Shown piece after piece: positions 45,685 through 55,808 of a stretch of 64,000 nucleotides of DNA. Positions within the stretch are counted from its first letter, which is position 1. Each line of letters starts with the position of its first letter. The translations under genes were made by a program, and so were the position numbers. Under the pieces are notes generated by a model that saw nothing but the letters and a program-made list of their open reading frames with translations, did not search any database and was not told the origin of the DNA. The DNA lies in NCBI RefSeq assembly GCF_988242995.1, contig NZ_OZ547043.1. One strand, 5' to 3'.

Positions 45685-46893
45685 TTAAAGGGAGCCATGC
45701 GCCTCACGCAACATTTTCTGCTCTGGCTGACGAATCGTCGTAGAGAGCGCCAGTGACAGAATCAGCAGGGCGAAAATCACGTAGAAGGTCACATAGAAGC
45801 CGCCAAACAGTGAGGCGATAATCGACCCACAAATGCTGCCGATACCGAAACCGAGATAAATCACACCGTAGTTTTTCGCCAGGTTATTGAGGCCGAAGAA
45901 CTCACTGACCAGTGACGGGAACACCGTGATAGTGCCGCCAAAGTTAAACGCCACGCAGGCAATCGCTGCAAAGAACGTCACTGCATTCAATGGTGCAAAC
46001 AGCAGGGCCGCCATACCCACCAGCGAAATCACCTGACCAATGGTGATAACACGGATTCGGGCGATTTTGTCAGACAGTATCCCCAGAACCAGACGGCCTG
46101 AAAGGTTGGCGATGGAAATAACAGTGACTGCATTGGCTGCGGAAACCACATCAAGGTGTGCCAGACTTTGGGCGATATCTTTCGCTACCCCAATCACGTA
46201 CAGGCCGCTCATGCAGGCAGTCAGGAACATTACCGCTAACATCCAGTACTGCGGTTTACGCATCGACTCTGCCAGCGTGTAATCTTTCTCCACGACACCA
46301 TTGCTGGTTTTCACTTCCTGTTTTGGTGCGTCTTTCATTAACGTTGCGCCGAAAACAATCATCACCAGCGCAATCGCTCCCCAAATCACAAAAGTTTTTT
46401 CCAGACCCACCGTTTCCAGCAGCTGCGTGTCGATAAATTTGAACCCCAGGCTACCCAGACCATAAGAACCGATAGCGAACGCGGAGATCAGACCTTTACG
46501 CTCCGGGAACCACTTCACGCAGTTAGAGAGCGTCAGCAGGTAACCCGCGCCATCCGCCAGACCGACCAGCACACCGGCGCTTAACCACAGCATCATCAGG
46601 TTGTCAGAATGCGCTGTCAGGAAGAAGCCTAATCCCAGCAAAATGCCGGAAGCCATAGTGACGCGTTTAACGCCAAAACGTTCCTGTAATTTCCCCGCAA
46701 CAGAAGATGAAATTGCCAGCCCCAGACTTAACAAGCCGAAAGAGAAAGCGACCTGGCTTACCGGCGCATCCAGCTTGGCAGAAAGCGCGCCGTTAAACAG
46801 GCTCCAGGTATAAACCGACCCAAGGGCAAACTGGGTAATGATAGTACCGATGAGTGTCAACCAGCGGGTACGCTGATAATTTGAAGGTGTCAT
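45685..46893 (-). CDS. yhjX: MFS transporter (oxalate/formate antiporter-like), 402 aa
   Basis: Track ORF 45685..46938; conserved start MTPSNYQRTRWLTLIGTIITQFALGSVYTW at codon 16. Confidence 0.92.
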   Translation of the reverse strand: MTPSNYQRTRWLTLIGTIITQFALGSVYTWSLFNGALSAKLDAPVSQVAFSFGLLSLGLAISSSVAGKLQERFGVKRVTMASGILLGLGFFLTAHSDNLMMLWLSAGVLVGLADGAGYLLTLSNCVKWFPERKGLISAFAIGSYGLGSLGFKFIDTQLLETVGLEKTFVIWGAIALVMIVFGATLMKDAPKQEVKTSNGVVEKDYTLAESMRKPQYWMLAVMFLTACMSGLYVIGVAKDIAQSLAHLDVVSAANAVTVISIANLSGRLVLGILSDKIARIRVITIGQVISLVGMAALLFAPLNAVTFFAAIACVAFNFGGTITVFPSLVSEFFGLNNLAKNYGVIYLGFGIGSICGSIIASLFGGFYVTFYVIFALLILSLALSTTIRQPEQKMLREAHGSL

Positions 46894-47121
46894 GGCAGTA
46901 TTCCTGCAGTAATAAAAAGGAAAAATCTCTGCTGACAACCATAACGAAGTGCACTTTATGCCTGGGGAAAAACGGCATGAAATGCCATCAGAACGGAATG
47001 AAATGCATTAGTTCAGGAATGAATGACTCGACAATTATTCACCAAATTTATTATTTAGTAAGTTAGCACCCACTATCGCCACAACTGTTGTTATTCAATG
47101 GTTTCAATTGTATCTATAACG

Positions 47122-47826
47122 TTAAAATCTGGCGCTAACCCCCATCGTATACAGATAGTCGCTATTGTTAGTGGTATTTTCTGCCTGAGATAGCGCAGCA
47201 TAGGCAGCAATATTTTGATTGAGCAACATATCAGCGCCTACGGTGACATCCAGCCAGTTGCCGTTCTGGTTTGTCGCCGTCATCCGGCTCAGGCCTGATT
47301 GCGCCTTCCAGATATTCTCGCCAAATTGCTGGTTATAGCTGATTTGCGCCCAGGGTCGGAGATCGCCAAGCCGGGAGTCAACACGCCAGCCTAAGGTACT
47401 CACGCTGGCATGCCATAACGGATCGGCCAGCGTGGTAGTACTGTCGCCAAACTCGTTATACATCGAGGTGGTTGTGCCATCGTAATGTAATGCCGCGACC
47501 GGGCCGGTTGTAACCTGCTCATATAAAGGAAAATTCCAGCCCATACTCATACTGCTGGTCACATCCACAGGAGTTTCTTCCGCCAGATTGACTTCCAGTC
47601 CCAGCGCCCTTTGGCTACTTTGAATACGTTGCGACAAAATATCGTTGTAATCAGGTTGATGGTCACTATCCCAGGTGTAACGCTCTGTGGAATGTCCGGG
47701 TTGCGTATCAACGATATATTCTTGTTGCCAGGCGTAAGCTGTGTTGAGAAAAAAGGCACTGATTACCACACTCGCCAGCAGGCTTAGCTGCCAGCGACCA
47801 CCGCTTTTTTTTATGATCATTAACAC
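47122..47826 (-). CDS. yhjY: Autotransporter beta-domain-like outer-membrane protein, ~232-234 aa
   Basis: Track ORF MLMIIKKSGGRWQLSLLASVVISAFFLNTAYA...; ends in an aromatic residue (ARF) typical of beta-barrels. The start could be 6 bp downstream. Confidence 0.82.
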   Translation of the reverse strand: MLMIIKKSGGRWQLSLLASVVISAFFLNTAYAWQQEYIVDTQPGHSTERYTWDSDHQPDYNDILSQRIQSSQRALGLEVNLAEETPVDVTSSMSMGWNFPLYEQVTTGPVAALHYDGTTTSMYNEFGDSTTTLADPLWHASVSTLGWRVDSRLGDLRPWAQISYNQQFGENIWKAQSGLSRMTATNQNGNWLDVTVGADMLLNQNIAAYAALSQAENTTNNSDYLYTMGVSARF

Positions 47827-47977
47827 GACTCCAGGGAAGAGCCGAATTCGGCAATATTATTGTCATTGTATGAAGGATATCGGGCATAGTAGCCCTGTAT
47901 TAAATATTGACTTTTTCACCGATGCGTCAAGAAAAGCGGCTGAAATTTTTACGATCGGGTACATAGCGAGGGAAAGT

Positions 47978-48541
47978 ATGGAACGTTGCGGCTGGGTGAG
48001 TCAGGACCCGCTTTATATTGCCTACCATGATAATGAATGGGGCGTGCCTGAAACTGACAGTAAAAAACTGTTCGAAATGATCTGCCTTGAAGGGCAGCAG
48101 GCTGGGTTATCGTGGATCACCGTCCTCAAAAAACGCGAAAACTATCGCGCCAGCTTTCATCAGTTCGATCCGGTGAAGGTGGCTGCAATGCAGGAAGAGG
48201 ATGTCGAAAGACTGGTACAGGACGCCGGGATTATCCGCCATCGCGGGAAAATTCAGGCAATTATTGGTAATGCGCGGGCGTACCTGCAAATGGAACAGAA
48301 CGGCGAACCGTTTGCCGACTTTGTCTGGTCGTTTGTCAATCATCAACCACAGGTGACACAAGCCACAACGTTGAGCGAAATCCCTACATCTACGCCCGCC
48401 TCCGACGCTCTATCTAAAGCCCTGAAAAAGCGTGGTTTTAAGTTTGTTGGTACCACAATCTGTTACTCCTTTATGCAGGCATGTGGGCTGGTGAATGATC
48501 ATGTGGTTGGCTGCTGTTGCTATCCGGGAAATAAACCATGA
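47978..48541 (+). CDS. tag: DNA-3-methyladenine glycosylase I, 187 aa
   Basis: Track ORF 47741..48541 (266 aa) has a spurious N-terminal extension overlapping yhjY; conserved start MERCGWVSQDPLYIAYHDNEWGVPETDSKKLFEM (ATG at 47978). Confidence 0.94.
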   Translation: MERCGWVSQDPLYIAYHDNEWGVPETDSKKLFEMICLEGQQAGLSWITVLKKRENYRASFHQFDPVKVAAMQEEDVERLVQDAGIIRHRGKIQAIIGNARAYLQMEQNGEPFADFVWSFVNHQPQVTQATTLSEIPTSTPASDALSKALKKRGFKFVGTTICYSFMQACGLVNDHVVGCCCYPGNKP

Positions 48542-48978
48542 TTCGGGAAGCGCAACGTTCAGAACTCCCCGCGATCCTCGAACTGTGGCTGGAAAGTACA
48601 ACCTGGGGGCATCCCTTTATAAAAGCGAATTACTGGCGTGATTGCATTCCGCTGGTGCGGGATGCCTATCTTGCCAACGCGCAAAACTGGGTCTGGGAAG
48701 AAGACGGTAAGTTTCTCGGTTTTGTCAGCATTATGGAAGGCCGATTTCTGGCTGCAATGTTTGTCGCACCGAAGGCCGTCAGACGCGGTATTGGTAAGGC
48801 GCTGATGCAGTATGTGCAGCAGCGCCATCCCCATCTGATGCTGGAGGTTTATCAAAAAAATCAACCGGCGATAGATTTCTACCATGCGCAGGGTTTTCAC
48901 ATTGTCGACTGCGCATGGCAGGATGAAACCCAACTACCCACCTGGATTATGAGCTGGCCGGTGGTTCAAACGCTGTAA
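48538..48978 (+). CDS. yiaC: GNAT-family N-acetyltransferase, 146 aa
   Basis: Track [36 protein letters not shown]...; 4-bp overlap with the tag stop. Confidence 0.9.
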   Translation: MIREAQRSELPAILELWLESTTWGHPFIKANYWRDCIPLVRDAYLANAQNWVWEEDGKFLGFVSIMEGRFLAAMFVAPKAVRRGIGKALMQYVQQRHPHLMLEVYQKNQPAIDFYHAQGFHIVDCAWQDETQLPTWIMSWPVVQTL

Positions 48979-51280
48979 GTGTCAGTTCCGGACCGTTGTA
49001 TTTTTCCAGCCATGCCAGCGCCGTATTACCCGCACAGCCATTCCCCAGCCGCGAGCTGGGGAGATCTTTGGTCAGAACGTTCACCGCGCCGTTTTTACAA
49101 ATACCGTCAGCGGTTAAATCCAGATCCGGCCAAGCCCCTTCATGAATACAAATCACGCCAGGTTTAATTCCCTCGCTAATGACCGCTCCGGCAAGAATTT
49201 GCCCGCGTGCGTTCCACAACCGAACAATATCGCCATCTTGTATGCCGCGCGCCTGGGCATCGTCAGGATGAATGGTGACAGGCTCACGATTTGCCACCGC
49301 GTACAATTCGCGCAGAGAACTGTAATTCAGCTGGCTGTGCAGACGATGTGCCGGATGAGCAGAAAGTACCTGCAACTGTTCCGGTTCGGCATTGCCCTGC
49401 CATTCGTCCGGCTCCAGCCACATTGGATGCCCAGGGCAATCCGGATAAGCGTAATCGGCAATACGCTGCGAGAAGATTTCAATCTTGCCGCTGGCGGTTT
49501 TTAATGGATGCGCCTGCGGATCGCGGCGAAAATCGGCGAAGCGAATAAACCGCTCGCTGTCCGGGTTTTCCGGCATCTCAATTAACTGGTTGGCTTGCCA
49601 GAACTCAGCAAATGGCGGCAATTCAACCTGCTGGCTTGCCCCGCGCTGCCGGGCAACGTTATAAAACGTTTCCAGCCATTGCAGCTCACTTTTTCCTTCC
49701 GTAAACCGCGCATAGCCGCCCTTCTCCCAACGTTCACTCAACTCGGCAAAGACATCAAAATCATTACGCGCTTCATAACGTGGCGGCACCACTTGTTTCA
49801 TCGGCACCAGATGCTGATTGCTGTAATCGCCGGTCATGGTGAGATCATTACGCTCAAACGAAGTGGTCGCAGGCAGAACGATATCCGCGTGTTTCGCCGC
49901 AGCCGTCCAGAAACATTCGGAGATAACCACCAGTTCCGGTTTTTGCCAGGCACGGATCAGGCGATTGGTATCCTGATGATGAGTAAAGTTGGCACCGCCC
50001 GCCCACCAGATAAAACGAATATCCGGGAAATGTCGGTTCATACCGTTGTGTTGATATGCGCCACCAGGGTTTTCCAGTGCTTCAACAATGCGGGCAACAG
50101 GGATTTTATCTACCGCATCGGTGCCGCCAGGCAAGCTGCCCTGCATGGAAGAGAGCACCGCAGAACGCCGCGTGGGGTTACCACCATTGGCAAAATGATA
50201 AGAAAGACCAAAACCGCCGCCGGGTGTGCCGATTTGCCCCAACATTGCCGCCAGCGTGACGATCATCCAATGTTTTTGCTCACCAAACTGTTGACGCTGC
50301 ATTCCCCAGCCAGCCATCAGCATGGTCGTGTTTTGGTGGAAAAGAGCCGCCAGCTCGCGGATTTTCTCTGCGTTAACCCCACAAATCCCTGCCGCCCATT
50401 CGGCGGTTTTGGCTATTCCGTCACTCTCGCCCAGCAAATAAGAGGCGAAGACGGCATAACCGGTGGTGCAACGCGCCAGAAACGCTTCGTCGTGCCAACC
50501 ATTTTCCACCAACGTATGGGCGATCCCCAGCATCAGCGCAACATCGGTGCCCATGTGCGGTGCCACCCACTCCATTTTATCGCCAAAGAAATCGACGGTT
50601 TCCGATCGCATTGGATCAATGCAGATCAGCTTTTTCCCGCTGTCACGCAGTGCGGAAAAGTAAGAAAGCCCCTGCTCATCGGATGCATTCCAAGCAATTT
50701 TCAGCGTATTGAGTGGATTAGCACTCCACAGCACCACAACATCGCTATGTTCCAGCACCAGCGGCCAACTGGTTTGCTGTTGATAAACTTCGCTGCCACC
50801 CACGACATACGGCATGATCGCCTGTGCCGCGCCGGTCGAATAATCCCCCAGATGCCCGGTATAACCGCCTGCCAGCGCCATATAGCGTTGTAATAATGTC
50901 GAGGCCTTATGCAGCACGCCGTTTGAACGCCAGCCGTAGGAACCAGCAAAAATCGATGCCGGACCATAAGCCTCACGAATGCGTTTATGTTGTTGGTGAA
51001 TAAGCTCCAGCGCCTCATCCCAACTCACACGAACAAATTCATCCTGCCCGCGAATGCCTTGCGGTTTTTCCGGTGACGCAAGAAAGCCTTTGCGCACCAT
51101 TGGAAATCGTACCCGCGTATTGCTGTGAACCTGGTCGCGAACCGCGCTCTGCAAGGAGTTTTCCATTCCTGTGACTAACGCGCCACGCGAGCTAAACACG
51201 GTTTCGCCGTCGGTTTCAACCAGCATCGGCCCCCAGTGGGCGGCAGTCAGAACGGAATATCGTGAGGATGAGTTGGCCAA
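48947..51280 (-). CDS. bisC: Biotin sulfoxide reductase (molybdopterin oxidoreductase), 777 aa
   Basis: Track [41 protein letters not shown]...; the 3' end overlaps the yiaC 3' end convergently by about 32 bp. Confidence 0.94.
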   Translation of the reverse strand: MANSSSRYSVLTAAHWGPMLVETDGETVFSSRGALVTGMENSLQSAVRDQVHSNTRVRFPMVRKGFLASPEKPQGIRGQDEFVRVSWDEALELIHQQHKRIREAYGPASIFAGSYGWRSNGVLHKASTLLQRYMALAGGYTGHLGDYSTGAAQAIMPYVVGGSEVYQQQTSWPLVLEHSDVVVLWSANPLNTLKIAWNASDEQGLSYFSALRDSGKKLICIDPMRSETVDFFGDKMEWVAPHMGTDVALMLGIAHTLVENGWHDEAFLARCTTGYAVFASYLLGESDGIAKTAEWAAGICGVNAEKIRELAALFHQNTTMLMAGWGMQRQQFGEQKHWMIVTLAAMLGQIGTPGGGFGLSYHFANGGNPTRRSAVLSSMQGSLPGGTDAVDKIPVARIVEALENPGGAYQHNGMNRHFPDIRFIWWAGGANFTHHQDTNRLIRAWQKPELVVISECFWTAAAKHADIVLPATTSFERNDLTMTGDYSNQHLVPMKQVVPPRYEARNDFDVFAELSERWEKGGYARFTEGKSELQWLETFYNVARQRGASQQVELPPFAEFWQANQLIEMPENPDSERFIRFADFRRDPQAHPLKTASGKIEIFSQRIADYAYPDCPGHPMWLEPDEWQGNAEPEQLQVLSAHPAHRLHSQLNYSSLRELYAVANREPVTIHPDDAQARGIQDGDIVRLWNARGQILAGAVISEGIKPGVICIHEGAWPDLDLTADGICKNGAVNVLTKDLPSSRLGNGCAGNTALAWLEKYNGPELTLTAFEPPASS

Positions 51281-51432
51281 ACCGAAGACTCCTGAAAGGT
51301 TAGATGTATTGAGCAGTTAAATATTACTTACAAATTTCCGAGTATTCCCAGGAATAATCTTCATGTTCACGCGGCATAATCTCCCGCCACGGAACCCGTG
51401 GCAAAGAATAAAAAGGTTATTAAGGATTAACA

Positions 51433-52092
51433 ATGAAGAAACGTGTTTATCTTATTGCCGCAGTAGTGAGTGGCGCTCTGGCGGTATCTGGCTGCACAAC
51501 TAACCCTTACACCGGCGAACGCGAAGCAGGTAAATCTGCTATTGGCGCAGGTCTGGGCTCTCTCGTGGGCGCGGGTATTGGTGCGCTCTCTTCTTCGAAG
51601 AAAGATCGCGGTAAAGGCGCGCTGATTGGCGCAGCAGCAGGCGCAGCTCTGGGCGGCGGCGTGGGTTATTACATGGATGTGCAGGAAGCGAAGCTACGTG
51701 ACAAAATGCGCGGCACTGGTGTTAGCGTAACCCGCAGCGGGGATAACATTATCCTCAATATGCCGAACAATATGACCTTCGACAGCAGCAGCGCGACCCT
51801 GAAACCGGCAGGCGCTAACACCCTGACCGGCGTGGCAATGGTGCTGAAAGAGTATCCGAAAACGGCGGTTAACGTGATTGGTTATACCGACAGCACGGGT
51901 GGTCACGACCTGAACATGCGTCTCTCCCAGCAGCGTGCGGATTCCGTTGCCAGCGCGTTGATCACCCAGGGCGTGGACGCCAGCCGCATCCGTACTCAGG
52001 GCCTTGGCCCGGCTAACCCAATCGCCAGCAACAGCACCGCAGAAGGTAAGGCGCAAAACCGCCGTGTAGAAATTACCTTAAGCCCGCTGTAA
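51433..52092 (+). CDS. yiaD: OmpA-family outer-membrane lipoprotein, 219 aa
   Basis: Track ORF MKKRVYLIAAVVSGALAVSGCTTNPYTGE... (lipobox VSGC); C-terminal OmpA peptidoglycan-binding domain (NRRVEITL). Confidence 0.92.
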   Translation: MKKRVYLIAAVVSGALAVSGCTTNPYTGEREAGKSAIGAGLGSLVGAGIGALSSSKKDRGKGALIGAAAGAALGGGVGYYMDVQEAKLRDKMRGTGVSVTRSGDNIILNMPNNMTFDSSSATLKPAGANTLTGVAMVLKEYPKTAVNVIGYTDSTGGHDLNMRLSQQRADSVASALITQGVDASRIRTQGLGPANPIASNSTAEGKAQNRRVEITLSPL

Positions 52093-52195
52093 TCCCTTTC
52101 ATGCCAGGTGATGCAGAAATCACCTGGCATTCTTCAGTTTTCCTTCATCATATTTCAGGCTAAGGTGATCGCCTTATCAGTGAATGGAGAGAAGC

Positions 52196-53170
52196 ATGAA
52201 GCCGTCCGTTATCCTCTACAAAGCCTTACCTGATGATTTACTGCAACGCCTGCAAGAGCATTTCACCGTTCACCAGGTGGCAAACCTCAGCCCACAAACC
52301 GTCGAACAAAATGCAGCAATTTTTGCCGAAGCTGAAGGTTTACTGGGTTCAAACGAGAATGTTGATGCCGCATTGCTGGAAAAAATGCCGAAACTGCGTG
52401 CCACATCAACGATCTCTGTCGGCTATGACAATTTTGATGTCGATGCGCTTACCGCCCGAAAAATTCTGCTGATGCACACGCCAACCGTATTAACAGAAAC
52501 CGTCGCCGATACGCTGATGGCGCTGGTGTTGTCTACCGCTCGTCGGGTTGTGGAGGTAGCAGAACGGGTAAAAGCAGGCGAATGGACCGCGAGCATAGGC
52601 CCGGACTGGTACGGTACTGACGTTCACCATAAAACACTGGGCATTGTCGGGATGGGACGGATCGGTATGGCGCTGGCACAACGTGCGCACTTTGGTTTCA
52701 ACATGCCCATCCTCTATAACGCGCGCCGCCACCATAAAGAAGCAGAAGAACGCTTCAACGCCCGCTACTGCGATTTGGATACACTGTTACAAGAGTCAGA
52801 TTTCGTTTGCCTGATCCTGCCGTTAACTGATGAAACGCATCATCTGTTTGGCGCAGAACAATTCGCCAAAATGAAATCCTCCGCCATATTCATTAATGCC
52901 GGACGTGGCCCGGTGGTTGATGAAAATGCACTGATTGCTGCATTGCAGAAAGGGGAAATTCACGCTGCCGGGCTGGATGTCTTCGAACAAGAGCCACTGT
53001 CTGTAGATTCGCCGTTGCTCTCAATGGCCAACGTCGTCGCAGTACCGCATATTGGATCTGCCACTCATGAGACGCGTTATGGCATGGCCGCCTGTGCCGT
53101 GGATAATTTGATTGATGCGTTACAAGGAAAGGTTGAGAAGAACTGTGTGAATCCGCACGTCGCGGACTAA
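52196..53170 (+). CDS. ghrB: Glyoxylate/hydroxypyruvate reductase B (D-2-hydroxyacid dehydrogenase), 324 aa
   Basis: Track ORF 52184..53170; conserved start [25 protein letters not shown] (ATG at 52196); NAD-binding GxGxxG (GIVGMGRIG). Confidence 0.93.
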   Translation: MKPSVILYKALPDDLLQRLQEHFTVHQVANLSPQTVEQNAAIFAEAEGLLGSNENVDAALLEKMPKLRATSTISVGYDNFDVDALTARKILLMHTPTVLTETVADTLMALVLSTARRVVEVAERVKAGEWTASIGPDWYGTDVHHKTLGIVGMGRIGMALAQRAHFGFNMPILYNARRHHKEAEERFNARYCDLDTLLQESDFVCLILPLTDETHHLFGAEQFAKMKSSAIFINAGRGPVVDENALIAALQKGEIHAAGLDVFEQEPLSVDSPLLSMANVVAVPHIGSATHETRYGMAACAVDNLIDALQGKVEKNCVNPHVAD

Positions 53171-53219
53171 GCCGCGACTGCGTGGAGTAAAGCCCGATAA
53201 TCGCTCGGGCTTTTACTCT

Positions 53220-53930
53220 TTATTGGGTTGCAGTAACTGCTGTAGTCCAGGCCTGATTAAACGCCTGATGCTGTGCCGGTAATGGCGCAATCAGTTTGTT
53301 ATATTCACTTGCCTGCTGTGACGTCGGGAACTGGATGCCATTTGCGACAAAGCTCACCTGAGTACCTTGCTGAGCAATGTAGTCTCCAACCATCACCAGT
53401 TGTTGCGTGAAAGTTTGTGCCGCCGGAATCAACGGTTGCAATGCATCAGCTGGCGTCGTTACCACTTTGGTGAATGCCTGATCAAAGACCGGTTTCAGGT
53501 CATCGCTCTGTTTTAGCGCAGAGTGCGCAGCATCGGCCTGCAACTTCGCATTTTGCAGCTGTTGCGCCAGTACGCCCAGAGAACCGTTCATTTCACGCAG
53601 TGGGCCGCTTTGCGTAACGTAATCCTGCGGTACGCGAATTGCGTTAACGCTGTCTACGACCGGGCGCAGACCGGAATCCATCGCCTGATTCACCTGCTGA
53701 GAATAACCATACAGAATCGCGTAATCAGAGACAAAAGGACCAAATTGTTTTTTCTGATCGGCAGTCAGGGTAGGTAGACGTTCACCGCTACGCATCACTG
53801 TATTCTGCAGGAAGTCGATAAACGCTTTACGCTGATCGCCTTCTTTATCAAAACACCCACTCAGGCTAACTACCATTAATAACGCCGCAAGAGGCGCAAA
53901 CCAGCGAGAGCAGGACTTTCCTGTCGCCAT
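53220..53930 (-). CDS. yiaF: Putative lipoprotein YiaF, 236 aa
   Basis: Track ORF 53220..54050; start at MATGKSCSRWFAPLAALLMVVSLSGCFDK (lipobox LSGC), ATG at 53928-53930. Confidence 0.88.
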   Translation of the reverse strand: MATGKSCSRWFAPLAALLMVVSLSGCFDKEGDQRKAFIDFLQNTVMRSGERLPTLTADQKKQFGPFVSDYAILYGYSQQVNQAMDSGLRPVVDSVNAIRVPQDYVTQSGPLREMNGSLGVLAQQLQNAKLQADAAHSALKQSDDLKPVFDQAFTKVVTTPADALQPLIPAAQTFTQQLVMVGDYIAQQGTQVSFVANGIQFPTSQQASEYNKLIAPLPAQHQAFNQAWTTAVTATQ

Positions 53931-54363
53931 TTTCTTACTCCTTTCACCCAAAAAAAGCGCACAACGACACACGCGTGTCTGACGTGACAAGGATAGTCCA
54001 GGACAGGCTTGCAGGATACCCTTTCTACGTAATCTTCCTGGTAAAATCATGGAGAAAATGAAACAAGGTTAATTTGTTGTTTCATTGTTAAAAAATGATG
54101 GTGCCGTTGCTTTTTTTGTAGCCAGAGATTTACGCCTTCGCAGAACATTAGATTTTCGAAATCTTTACAAACCGGGAGTGGTAAGAGATATATCGGCATT
54201 TATCAGATCGTTAGGTGGCTATAAGTCACGCTAAATGACTGGCTGAATCGAATCATAGCCAGAGCATGCCCTGACTTCACCCCGCTGTGTCTGCTTTTCC
54301 CGACTATTCTTAATGAGCTTCGATGCAATTCACGATCCCGCAGTGTGATTTGAGGAGTTTTCA

Positions 54364-54654
54364 ATGGAATATAAAGATCCAATGCATGAGCTGTTGAGCA
54401 GCCTGGAACAGATTGTTTTTAAAGATGAAACGCAGAAAATTACCCTGACGCACAGAACAACATCCTGTACCGAAATTGAGCAGTTACGAAAAGGGACAGG
54501 ATTAAAAATCGATGATTTCGCCCGGGTTTTGGGCGTATCAGTCGCCATGGTAAAGGAATGGGAATCCAGACGCGTGAAGCCTTCAAGTGCCGAACTAAAA
54601 TTGATGCGTTTGATTCAAGCCAACCCGGCATTAAGTAAGCAGTTGATGGAATAG
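54364..54654 (+). CDS. yiaG: XRE-family HTH transcriptional regulator, 96 aa
   Basis: Track ORF MEYKDPMHELLSSLEQIVFKDETQKITLTHRTTSCTEIEQLRKGTGLKIDDFARVLGVSVAMVKEWE... Confidence 0.9.
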   Translation: MEYKDPMHELLSSLEQIVFKDETQKITLTHRTTSCTEIEQLRKGTGLKIDDFARVLGVSVAMVKEWESRRVKPSSAELKLMRLIQANPALSKQLME

Positions 54655-54775
54655 ACTTTTATCCACTTTATTGCTGTTTACGGTCCTGATGACAGGACCG
54701 TTTTCCAACCGATTAATCATAAATATGAAAAATAATTGTTGCATCACCCGCCAATGCGTGGCTTAATGCACATCA

Positions 54776-54934
54776 ACGGTTTGACGTACAGACCATTAAA
54801 GCAGTGTAGTAAGGCAAGTCCCTTCAAGAGTTATCGTTGATACCCCTCGTAGTGCACATTCCTTTAACGCTTCAAAATCTGTAAAGCACGCCATATCGCC
54901 GAAAGGCACACTTAATTATTAAAGGTAATACACT
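54776..54934 (+). promoter_or_regulatory. cspA long 5' UTR (cold-box / RNA thermosensor leader)
   Basis: The leader acggtttgacgtacagaccattaaagcagtgtagtaaggcaagtcccttcaagagttatcgttgatacccctcgtagtgcacattcc... precedes the cspA ATG by about 159 nt. A -35/-10 pair (ttgcat ... gcttaat) and an AT-rich UP element lie just upstream. Confidence 0.8.
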
Positions 54935-55147
54935 ATGTCCGGTAAAATGACTGGTATCGTAAAATGGTTCAACGCTGACAAAGGCTTCGGCTTCATCACT
55001 CCTGACGATGGCTCTAAAGACGTGTTCGTACACTTCTCTGCTATCCAGAACGATGGTTACAAATCTCTGGACGAAGGTCAGAAAGTGTCCTTCACCATCG
55101 AAAGCGGCGCTAAAGGCCCGGCAGCTGGTAACGTAACCAGCCTGTAA
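54935..55147 (+). CDS. cspA: Major cold-shock protein CspA, 70 aa
   Basis: Track [73 protein letters not shown]; RNP1 motif KGFGFI. Confidence 0.97.
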
Positions 55148-55173
55148 TCTCTGCTTAAAAGCACAGAATCTAA

Positions 55174-55208
55174 GATCCCTGCCATTTGGCGGGGATTTTT
55201 TTATTTGT
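55174..55208 (+). terminator. cspA intrinsic terminator
   Basis: atccctgccatttggcggggat followed by ttttttta. Confidence 0.7.
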
Positions 55209-55334
55209 TTTTCAGGAAATAAATAATCGATCGCGTAATAAAATCTATTATTATTTTTGTGAAAAATAAATTTGGGTGCAATGAGAATGCGCAACGCCGT
55301 AAGAAAGGCGGGAATAACTTCCCGCCGAAGACTC

Positions 55335-55487
55335 TTACTCTTTCAAATTGCAGGCTAAAAATGCCGCCAGCTCATAACTCCCCTGTTTAATATGCAATTC
55401 ACACAGTGAATCTCTTATCATCCAGGTGAAAAATAAAAGCGTGAAACAAATCACTATTAAAGAAAGTAATCTATATTTCTGCGGCAT
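55335..55487 (-). CDS. hokA: Hok-family type I toxin HokA, 50 aa
   Basis: Track ORF 55335..55547 (70 aa); the last 50 codons MPQKYRLLSLIVICFTLLFFTWMIRDSLCELHIKQGSYELAAFLACNLKE are the Hok toxin. The in-frame upstream extension probably covers the mok/leader region. Confidence 0.85.
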   Translation of the reverse strand: MPQKYRLLSLIVICFTLLFFTWMIRDSLCELHIKQGSYELAAFLACNLKE

Positions 55488-55766
55488 TCCCAGCCCCCTA
55501 TGTTGATTTCCAACGAGTAAGAGGCTAACCTTATGGTGTTCAGGCATAGGGTAGCCTCACTTTGATTTATAGTCAGGTGGGGCTTTTCTCTGTCTGCCTT
55601 TCGGTGAATACCTGAGACAAACAGTCTCAAGCACCCGCAGCTATTCTAGCTTAATAAGTTCGTTTCTTCTCCTTGATATAATCCTAAAAAAATCTCATAA
55701 AATTAATATATGAGACAATCTTTATTCAGCAGAAGATTATTAAAGGTTGCTCTATTATTTAGCGAT

Positions 55767-55795
55767 AAAAAAGCCTGCCAGATGGCAGGCTTTTT
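55767..55795 (-). terminator. glyQS operon intrinsic terminator
   Basis: aaaaaagcctgccagatggcaggcttttt: stem gcctgcca / tggcaggc with flanking T/A runs, just 3' of the glyS stop. Confidence 0.7.
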
Positions 55796-55808
55796 AATAA
55801 CGGCGTTA

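Noticed and set aside
49595-50893. Plus-strand ORF (432 aa) inside bisC
   Set aside because: Long only because bisC is long and GC-rich; it lies antisense across the molybdopterin oxidoreductase frame and has no independent support.
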